NCBI GenBank assembly: GCA_951406725.2
Contig: OX597819.1
Span: 70,804,001-70,868,000 of the forward strand
Source: Octopus vulgaris
Taxonomy: Eukaryota
Direction: 5' to 3'
DNA: 64,000 bases
Position 1 is the first letter of the stretch. Each line of letters opens with the position of its first letter. The notes under the pieces are model-generated. The model was not told where the DNA came from and ran no database searches. It saw only the letters and a program-made list of their open reading frames with translations. A program made the translations under genes and the position numbers. Below, piece after piece: positions 54,258 through 64,000 of this stretch.

Positions 54258-55147
54258 GACTGCGGATGAGGAACATAGTGATGGGCAGCTGCAGGCACCG
54301 CCTTTTCGTCTGTGTGAGGAGGGTTTTATAAACTTACATGGCTCCGTCAATTTAATTTCTGAACTGCAACGCACGAATCATCAGGGGTTCCTAGTGTTCC
54401 ACTATTCTCTGAAGTGTTTTTGGCGGCCTACATCCGCATACCGTCTCCCTTTATTAAGCATATCGAGGAGTCTCCTTCTCTGTTATAGTAAGCATCTTCC
54501 TCTGGCGCTTGGATTCACTGCCAGAAGCCTTAGAAGGTCCAGAACGTTTGGGCGACATCGTAAGGCTTGAAATAAATTCACAATTATACACACAGAGGCA
54601 AAACAACACCAGACACTCGCCTCCCAAGTTCCGTTTTCTATACAGAATGTGCGATTCTCTGTTTACTCATCTACGGTACATTACGCATTTACTTTTAATA
54701 TATTTTAATTAATGTATTCTACAGTGAAGTACTGTACTGTATATTTTTAAAATTATTCTTATAATTTGTATATGTATATTTTATTATAAATGAAAAACAA
54801 CACCACATACACACCTCCCGAGTTTCGTTTTCCATACTGTATATGCGATTCTCTATTTAGTTATCTACGGTACGCTACACATTTCCTTTTAATATATTTT
54901 AATTAATGTGTTACACAGTGCAGTACTGTATTGTATTTTTATTTATTAATTTATTAATGTTTAGGCGTGAAAATGCTTATTTTACCACAGAAATAATTAA
55001 AATCTACAAATATACAAATACCTATCGACCGCAGAAACCCGCGATATACTGAGGAGTCCGCGACATAAATTTACATTTATTAGCCAGAAAAATCCACGAT
55101 GTACTGAGGGCGCGAAAGGTGAATCGCGACATGGCAAGGGATTACTG
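54258..55147 (-). mobile_element. Internally deleted pogo/Tigger DNA transposon
   Basis: TA|CAGTAATCCCTTGCCATGTCGCG terminus at 55147. An ATG at 54558 opens MSPKRSGPSKASGSESKRQRKMLTITEK/LLDMLNKGRRYADVGR (Psq-type HTH), fused to a C-terminal EPLMIRALQF..VYKTLL. Confidence 0.7.
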
Positions 55148-56357
55148 TACACACAAAGTGCATAAACATAAAGGATTCGGGAAAACAATAAAAAAGATGT
55201 GTGTGCATATGAATGGCTGTTTCTCTGTTCATCTCGTTCGTGGACACGAAAGACAATGGATGAACGTATGTGTGTGTGTATGCGTGCGCGCGCATGCGTG
55301 TGAGTTAGCGACCGTGTCACTATGAAAACTTAAAAATAAATTACAGAAATAAGAAATTTTTCTGGAAATCACCAAACAAATGGATAGATCCGAACGACCA
55401 TTAGTTTCAGTTTTGTTCCTGCACCAATGCACACACACACACACAAAATTCCATCCCATTCAGGGGGAATGTTCTGATCTCAGACGCCTACACGCCATGG
55501 AAAGAGGGTCACCAGTTCTAAGAGTCCTAGGTCTCGAGACACTACTTAACTTTCTTACAATGCTGGTGTGCTACGTCCCCGTAACGTAGCGGTTCGACAA
55601 AAGAGACCGATAGAATAAGTGCTAGTCTTACAAAGAGTAAGTTCTGGGGTCGATTTGTTCGACGAAAAAAAAGGTGGTCGATAGCCTACGGCGGTGTTTT
55701 GCTATTCAAGTTCTTTAACGGGAACGTTAACAATATGAAGTAAAATGACTAGAACCGGGTCATTGAAACCGGTTCGGTGATTCAAATCTTTGGTTATACA
55801 TCTCAACAATACAAGTGCAGAAACCATTGTGTTTGTAAGCAACAGGCTGAGTGAGAACTTCAGTTACTCATTTCGCTAGTTTGATTATCATCACCGCCAT
55901 TTTGTTATAGCATTGACTATTGATATTTAAACTTTGAGGTCTCGCAAAAAGAAAAAAAAAACAAGGACAATGAATAAAAACAGAAAAAGAAAAGGAAGTT
56001 TACATACACGCACACATACGACAGTACAAACATGCACGAACGTCCAATCCCACCTACGCACAGACACACACACACACACTCTCTCTCTCTCTCTCTCTCT
56101 CCTGATCTTACAAACATTCTCACCTCACATCCATAAAACGATATAAACAGAACCTGCAAACTAAGAGACAAACAGACAGACTTAAAGTAGACCTGGAGTA
56201 GAAAGGGTCTGTCACTGATAAGGACGCGAACGGTGATGAAAGAAGTTTGATAGGACTAGCTGAGTGATTGATTGACCGGACAAGTAATCAAACAATCGAT
56301 TAGTTAACGGGTTACATGGTTAATCAGTTGGCAAATAACCAATAAAAAAAAGTTTGG

Positions 56358-56771
56358 TCTTTTACGTGTCTCAGTCACTGGATTGCGACCATGCTGGGGT
56401 ACCGCCTTGAAGAATTTTTCTTTAGTCGAATGTATCGACATCAGTATTTATTTCTTTTAAGCATGATACTTATTCTATCGCTCTCTTTTGCCGAACCGCT
56501 AAGTTACGAGGACGTAAATGCACCAACACTGGATGTCAAACGATGATGAGGAACAAACACCGACACACACATGCACACACACACACGCGCACACACATAC
56601 AGGCACGCACATATAAACAACAGGATTCTTTCGATTTCCATCTACTGAATCCGCTCACAAGGCTTTGGACGACCCGAGACTAAAGAAGAAGACACTGGCC
56701 CAAGGTGCCACGTAGTGGGACTGAAAACACAACCGTGTGGTTGGGAAGTAAGCTTCTTACCACACAGCCAC
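56358..56771 (-). mobile_element. Family A SINE (diverged)
   Basis: Reverse complement of the 7490-7900 consensus. Confidence 0.8.
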
Positions 56772-57009
56772 ATTAAGAAGTTATTCAATCTTAGCCGTTG
56801 ATTGACTTCTTCGAATGTTTCTATGCGATTCATGGGTGATGCCTTGACTCTCCTCCAGATATAAACATGCAACCGGCTCACCTGGACTCTTTTGTCACTC
56901 TCAGCCTGTTTCTGCCTTACCCTGTCTCATTCTGTGTATCCACCCTAATTTAGGTAAATACGAGAGAGTCGCATCCCGCAAAACCCGTCAATTTCTCTGA
57001 ACCTGGCGA

Positions 57010-57070
<61 letters not shown>

Positions 57071-57072
<2 letters not shown>

Positions 57073-57623
57073 CCTGATGCAGTACCAGACAGTGGCTCTC
57101 ATGGCTGCTGATCTTAACTGTTTGGAAGTGTTATCCTGTGCATTGTTTTGTCTTGGTATAAAAGATGGGCTACAGCAAATATTCTGCTTAATACCACAGA
57201 TTTGCTTGTCAGTTGTTTGACCGTAACCAGTTGAACATGTCCCCTTAGTGGCTGACGATATGTGCATCTCTGATCATGAGCAGAAGTAGTGGGGGAGCAT
57301 CATAGCCATGTATTGAGAGGGATACTTTGGAGTTTGAATAATTCACCTCTGAAAACATAGGTGTTTCGTTCAACATCCTTAAACAATTCTTATTCAGGGA
57401 CCTTTTGAGCGGGATGGGCTACTCGACCAGAAGAAAATTCTAACTGGGCCCCACCTGCAATGTCATGTGCTGTTTATCTTGATGAGAGATTACCATGTCG
57501 CGCACATATGGTTGTGATGCATGTGCCTAGTGGACCCTTATCAGACGGGTAGTCATGATGGGTATACTGGGCTTGGTATATTTTACCCCAGTGTCACTTT
57601 GATGGCATGCACTGCTCTCTCAC
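57071..57623. mobile_element. Unclassified ~550-bp insertion within (AAT)n
   Basis: Higher-complexity block bounded by AAT repeats on both sides, with no recognisable ORF, TIR or tRNA head. Confidence 0.45.
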
Positions 57624-57643
57624 ATAATGATAATAATAATAAT

Positions 57644-58541
57644 AATGGTTTCAAATTTTTTGACAAGGGCAACAATTTTGGGGGGAGGAGATGAGTCGAA
57701 TACATCGACCCCATTGTATAACTGGTACTTATTTTATCGAACCCGAAATGATGACAGGCAAAGTCGACCTCGGCGGAATTCGAACTCAGGCCAGCTCGCC
57801 GCCTTGCTATATTTTATAATATTGACCAGAATTAATTTTGGTTATCTCTAAAATCTATTATACCACCTGTGGAGGCGCAATGGCCCAGTGGTTAGGGCAG
57901 CAGACTCGCGGTCATAGGATCGCGGTTTCGATTCCCAGACCGGGCGTTGTGAGTGTTTATTGAGCGAAAACACCTAAAGCTCCACGAGGCTCCGGCAGGG
58001 GATGGTGGTGATCCCTGCTGTACTCTTTCACCACAACTTTCTCTCACTCTTACTTCCTGTTTCTGTTGTACCTGTATTTCAAGGGGCCGGCCTTGTCACT
58101 CTCTGTGTCACGCTGAATATCCCCGAGAACTACGTTAAGGGTACACGTGTCTGTGGAGTGCTCAGCCACTTACACGTTAATTTCACGAGCAGGCTGTTCC
58201 GTTGATTCGGATCAACCGGAACCCTCGCCGTCGTAACCGACGGAGTGCTTCCATTCCATTATACCACCTGTTGACATTTTTCCCAGCCAATCATCTTTGA
58301 AGTCTGCTTTTGATAGGCGTTGACAGACAAAAAGAGAAGGTCTATGGTTTAGAAGTTTTAGCGAAATCAAGGCTTTGAAGGCATGTGTATCAATGGTTAG
58401 GGTATTTGGCTGACGATCGTAAGGTCGTGAGTTCACTTCCCAGTGCGCGTTGTGTCCTTGTGCAAGACACTTTATTTCACGTTACTCCAGCCCACTCAGG
58501 TGGCAAAAATGAGTAGTACCTGTATTTCAAATGGTCAGCCT
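57644..58541 (+). repeat. Left arm of an inverted duplication (right arm about 59960-60565)
   Basis: Unique sequence (AATATTGACCAGAATTAATTTTGGTTAT; AGCCAATCATCTTTGA.GTCTGCTTTTGATAG) and the flanking SINE B and D copies recur in reverse complement. Confidence 0.85.
57871..58257 (+). mobile_element. Chimeric SINE (family C head plus family D tail) with 14-bp TSD
   Basis: TSD ATTATACCACCTGT at 57857-57870 and 58258-58271. Confidence 0.85.
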
Positions 58542-58717
58542 TATCCCAATAATGCTAATAATAATAATAAGAAGAAGAAGAACAACAACAACAACAACAA
58601 ATACTATAATAAAAACAGCTGCTCATTGGAATTATGTAAATTTTACTAAAAGAAAACAGTTATTAAACCCTAAAATGTGTAGAAAATACTTATATATTCC
58701 AATTGTAATAATTGTGA

Positions 58718-58780
<63 letters not shown>

Positions 58781-58885
58781 ATATATATATATATATATAC
58801 ATACGTATATACATGTAGCCACATGTGAGTCGTTGGCGATTTTTTCCTCCGTCTTCCTTCTCTATTGGACTTTCCTTTGTCACCT

Positions 58886-58920
58886 GTTTCTGAATAAGAT
58901 CTTTGCTCGAAATGTAAAAC
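58886..58920 (+). ncRNA. Degenerate minimal hammerhead-like motif
   Basis: GTTT-CTGAATA-A-GATC-TTT-GCTC-GAAAT-GTA-AAAC. The core has substitutions. Confidence 0.3.
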
Positions 58921-59804
58921 CATCTTTCTTTCTTTCCCTGACCGTTTGCTAATACTTCACATGCACCACGTTTTCGTGTTGTTGTTTGTTCATGTTTCTT
59001 CTTTGTTTTTATTTATTTATTATGTATGTATATATAAAATCTATTGAGGTTTTTCTGCTGTCTTTTTTCATGAACATTCAAGTACACACCTCAACCATAA
59101 AGCTAGTTTTTATTCATTGCGACTTAAGTCTCTTTTTCATTTGCTCGTTCTCTACCGTTCTATTCAATTATTTTCATTAAAATATCTTTATTCATCGCAA
59201 AACAATTTCCCTCTTTCGTTCTGGCTCTCTACTGCTTCTGTTCAATTGTTTTCTTTAAAAATAATTGATAACAAAGTTTTTTTCTTTGAGATACATTAAG
59301 AGCATTTGTGAAAATTTTTACACGATATCTATCAAATCAAAACTTCTATGCAGATATTGTCTGATAGCTACACAAACCCCCGACGGAGTGCCAGTCAGCC
59401 AGTCAGTCAGTCATAGCCGCTGTGCTTAAAATATCCAGTCTGCTTTCCATCATGGAATTCTGCAGATAAGTTTTGGCAATTCACAGCTTGAAAATACTGC
59501 AATCACAGCGCTGCACTGCTTATAGGCAGAATAGCAGAAACGTGAAGCATTTTGAATACTTCAAAGAAGGCTCCTTTGTCGAGATGTAAAATTCAGCTAC
59601 TTCGGTCAGCGAGTTTGCAATGTGTGGCTTGTCTTTAGCTCATCAAAATTCAGCCGATATGCATCGACCGTCAAACTGCCAAAAGCTGGGGAGTCTCATG
59701 TAAATGTAAGATACAGCCTCCGGTTACAAAAAAATTCACTTTGAGATAAAATTGAAGAACGAGAAATATCGCACTACGCGTGAGTCTAAAGTCACAAAGC
59801 CTTG

Positions 59805-60103
59805 AGCTGGTACTCTGTCGGTTATAACGGAGAGGTTCCAGTTCAATCGATCAACGGAACAGCTTGCTTGTGAAATTAACGTGTAAGTGGCTGAGTACTC
59901 CACAGATACGTGTACCCTTAACGTAGTTCTCAGGGAGATTCGGCGTGATACAGAATGTAACATGGTTGACCCTATGGAATAAAGGTACAACTCATTTTTG
60001 CCATCTGAGGGGACTGGAGAAACGGGACACAACATGCCACCGGGAACTGAACTCACAACCTTACGGTCGTCAGCCGAACACCCTAACCACTGAGACATGT
60101 GCC
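59805..60103 (-). mobile_element. Family D SINE
   Basis: Reverse complement of the 31083-31400 type. Confidence 0.8.
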
Positions 60104-60767
60104 TTCAAAGCCTTTAGCTACAATAAGAAATTTCCCCATAGAGAGGTGAACTCCGGAGTTTTAATGATTTCGCTAAAACGTCTAAACCATAGACCTTTCG
60201 GCATGAAAAGTAAAGTTTCATTTTTGCCTGTCAACGTCTATCAAAAGCAGACGTCAAAGATGATTGGCTAGAAAAAATGTCAATAGGTGTTATAACAGAT
60301 TTTAGGGATATAACCAAAATTAATTCTGGTCAATATTACCAAATATAGCAAAGCGACGAGCTGGCAGAATCGTTAGCACACCGGGCAAAATGCTTAGTGG
60401 CATTACGTCCATCCTTACGTTTTCAGTTCGAATTCCACCGAGCTAGACTTTACCTTTCATCTTTCCAGGGTCGGTTAAAATAAGTACCGGTTGAACACCG
60501 GGATCGATGAATTCGACTTATCCCCTGTCCTCGAACTTGCTGGCCTTGTGCCAAAATTTGAAGTTAATATTACCAAATATAGTAATATTAATTGATAGTG
60601 CCAATTGTCTCTGGTCAGCACTATCAAATATATAGTGATAATATACGCTAGTGGTTTTTTTTTGTTTTTTTTTTACTTTCAAACATAAGCATTCTAGGTC
60701 CGAATTCGAGGAAGGCTATCAGCTACAAAGTTAACTAAATGAGGATGTAGAGAAATGAAAACAGATA

Positions 60768-60799
<32 letters not shown>

Positions 60800-60877
60800 C
60801 CATCACCATCACCACCACCATCACCACCACCACCACCACCACCACCACCACCACCACCGTCGTCGTCGTCGTCGTCG

Positions 60878-60949
<72 letters not shown>

Positions 60950-61017
60950 GCAACAACAGCAACAGCAACAGCAACAACAGCAACAGCAACAGCAACAACA
61001 GCAACAACAGCAGCAGC

Positions 61018-61110
<93 letters not shown>
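60768..61110. repeat. Compound (CAT/CAC/CGT/CAA/CAG)n microsatellite
   Basis: Seen directly. Confidence 0.9.
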
Positions 61111-61111
<1 letters not shown>

Positions 61112-61112
<1 letters not shown>

Positions 61113-61484
61113 GACCACTCAGAGAGTGCAAACTTCCGCCAAGGCAACACCAACGTCCTCTCAACGATTAGCTAGAAATTATTTTTGAAATGAAAATATC
61201 TGAAATAAACTCGACTGCTCTTACAAACGACAATACTAAAAATGAACCCGACTGCTCTCAAAAATTAAGTAAGAAAAAAAACGGAAAAATAATCCAGAAC
61301 CCTTGTCCGGTACTGGATTGATCCCAAAATCTAATCAGTTCGTGCCAGTCACGAGGCCAAACATCCCTGAACGTTTCATCCGAATCCATCCAGCGGTCCT
61401 TGAGATATCTTGTCCACGGACAAACAAGCAAACAAACAAATGCGACTGAAAACAATACCTCCGCTTTCGCTAAGGCCGAGGTAA
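61112..61484 (-). mobile_element. Helentron-associated non-autonomous element (HINE/DINE-1-like)
   Basis: Minus-strand 5' palindrome TTACCTCGGCCTTAGCGAAAGCGGAGGTA, (TTTG)n microsatellite, 3' subterminal repeat CCTTGGCGGAAGT followed by the hairpin CACTC-TCT-GAGTG, and T-rich flanks. Confidence 0.7.
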
Positions 61485-61707
61485 CAACAACAAGAATAAT
61501 AATAATAACCTTATCTATGATAATAACCTGTTGATAAGCATTTACTTATTATTTTCGATCATTCATGAAAGTCAAGTTATTTTAGATCATTCTCCATTAT
61601 TGCTAGTTTCCTTTTTGAGTCCCGACTTATATTCTGCTAAAATATTCTTTTCTACTCTCGGTATAAGGCCCCACCCCTCTCTCTCTCTCTCTCCCACCTC
61701 TCTCTCC

Positions 61708-61744
<37 letters not shown>

Positions 61745-62190
61745 CTCTCTCTCTTTCTCTCTTTCTCTCTCGTTTTATATTTGATATAATTGATGTAAGT
61801 CAATTAAAACCACTTTTCTGTTTCAAAAACACGCAACAAATATGAAAGGTTATTGGAGTCGACACAGTTTCGTTGACGTTGGAATAAACTTCTAAGTTGG
61901 AGAAATGATTTTACTGCTATGCTTTTAGAAAGTAGCGCCATGAAAGCGTATGGGATGGAGACGTGATACATAGGAAACGCTGTCTTGCAGTGAATTGAAA
62001 TTAGTTTTCGGTGGTTGAAACCTTTGATCATAAAAGATGTATGATACTTTTATATCGATAAAAAAAAAAAAAAGAAAAGAATGCGTGTTGAATTAAAATT
62101 TTTAGGAATATAAGAATTTTTCAGAATTTTCAAGAATATTCTAGACAGTGTTGAGTATATATATATTATTTTATATATATATATATATAT

Positions 62191-62379
62191 TACTCTTTTA
62201 CTTGTTTCAGTCATTTGACTGTGGCCATGCTGGAGCACCGACTTTAGTCGAACAAATCGACTCTAGGACTTATTCTTTGTAAGCCTAGTACTGATTCTAT
62301 GGTTCTCTTTTGCCGAACCGCTAAGTTATGGGGACGTAAACACACCAGTATCAGTTGTCAAGCGATGTTGGGTGGACAA

Positions 62380-62420
<41 letters not shown>

Positions 62421-62581
62421 CACACATATATTCTTTCAGTTTCCGTCTACCAAATCCACTCACAAGGCTTTGGTCGGCCCGAGGCTATAGTAGAAGACAC
62501 TTGCCCAAAGTTCCACTGCGTGGATCTGAACCCAAAACCATGTGGTTGGTAAGCAAGCTACTTACCACACAGCCACTCCTG
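62191..62581 (-). mobile_element. Full-length family A SINE
   Basis: Reverse complement of the 7490-7900 consensus. Confidence 0.85.
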
Positions 62582-62960
62582 TTTTAAGGAAGACGTGTTC
62601 TTTGTCTGCTGTCCTAGCTTGATTCACGCGTTCGCCACCAGAACCACGTTTAGGCTTAGCAGCCCTTCCTGTTTGTTTTCACTGTCCTGTTTGTGTTACT
62701 TATTTTGACTCTCCGCAAAATCCCAAATTTTATTTAATTTGCTTTGCAGGAGCAACTGTTTTATCGAAAGGGTGTATTGTTGCCAAATGCCCGCATTACG
62801 AGACTAGAAAAACAGCCAACAGCTGATGTAGGGACGTTCTTTATGTTGTTCGTTTTATTTTCCATTTGTGTCTTTCGGTGTTCGAAAGAATAACTCATGT
62901 TCCATGTACTCATGCTTCGTACGTTTTCGTTGTACACGTTTCATAACGTCCTGTGGCCAC

Positions 62961-63026
<66 letters not shown>

Positions 63027-63198
63027 GTATAGATGTAAGTATATATATATATATATTATTCATATTATTATATGTTTGAACGTCACGCATCCTCTTCCAA
63101 GTAAAGATTTCAGACCAAGGTTCCTAAAATAAGAACAATAATAGAGCTAATGTGAAGAACAAATGTATTGTACGCGTGTTTATTTGGCAAAAATAATG

Positions 63199-63266
<68 letters not shown>

Positions 63267-64000
63267 TATTCCGAAATATAGCAATGTGTGTGTGTGTGTG
63301 TGTGTTTGAGGGGTTTGAATGAACAACTAAATCATCTCCTCTTAACACATTAAGGAATTATTACCCGGTATGGGGCGAATCACTTATTTCTTAATTGAGC
63401 CATTTCATGACAGAAACCGCAGACAGACAAGAAACTATATCGATATTTTTGTAAAACTTGTGTGGATTATTTCGTTGATTGTCAACTGCGGTCATTTAGC
63501 AAACAGTTCTTTACGATTTCCTTTTGTTTTTCTTGTTTTCACTTTGCATAAGAATCAATATGATGGCCGCTGCTTAAGGAAACTTCGATGAAAACTAGTC
63601 TGATTCAGAAAACTAAAACAAAACAAGACAATTGCAAAACCTTGTTCACAACAGGCAAGCAAATAGCAGAATCTGTTGGCTTAGGGTTTAGAATAACAAA
63701 AACTGTGTGCATCACATTTCCCATCAATCCGTCTTGTACGACGTGATGTCAGACATGATCGGGCAAGACTTGGACCAACACTCGTTAAAACCATGAAAAT
63801 ACGTCAAATACAACAATTTCCGGACACTAATGATGTAAAACCTCTAACAATTTGTATAAATGTACAGATACCTGTATTTCATATAATTATTTAAGTAAAT
63901 TTTGCATTAGCGCAAAGCAGTATTTAGGTATAATCACAATTTAGGTTAGTTGAAATATGTTTGTCACAAATTTCAAATGCTAAAGGCAAATACACTGCAC

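Noticed and set aside
57330-57405. Minus-strand CTGAATAA...GAAAC..GTT motif in the 550-bp element
   Set aside because: The core is non-canonical and I could not form convincing stems I and II.

Overview
AT-rich, microsatellite-dense eukaryotic intergenic or intronic DNA. The SINE families and repeat landscape suggest an octopus or other coleoid cephalopod; this is inferred from recalled family features, not from a search. I found no intact host protein-coding gene, and almost all ORFs in the track are microsatellite or SINE artefacts. The only clearly intact gene is tRNA-Gly(GCC) at 23628-23698. The rest is mobile-element debris: an internally deleted Helitron (PIF1-type helicase remnant, intact 3' hairpin and CTAG), several non-autonomous Helitron/Helentron elements, mariner/Tc1/maT/pogo remnants, hAT-like and other MITEs, R4/Dong-type and RTE LINE fragments, four tRNA-derived SINE families and a decayed 5S rRNA copy. 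The most interesting signal is a set of non-coding, mostly fold-back elements carrying type I hammerhead ribozyme motifs (2569-2644, 19712-19751, 35588-35630; degenerate at 17914-17986 and 58886-58920). These resemble Penelope-like pseudo-LTRs or retrozymes, and one has a ~500-nt circularly permuted monomer. There are also several local inverted duplications and a perfect 33-nt inverted templated insertion.
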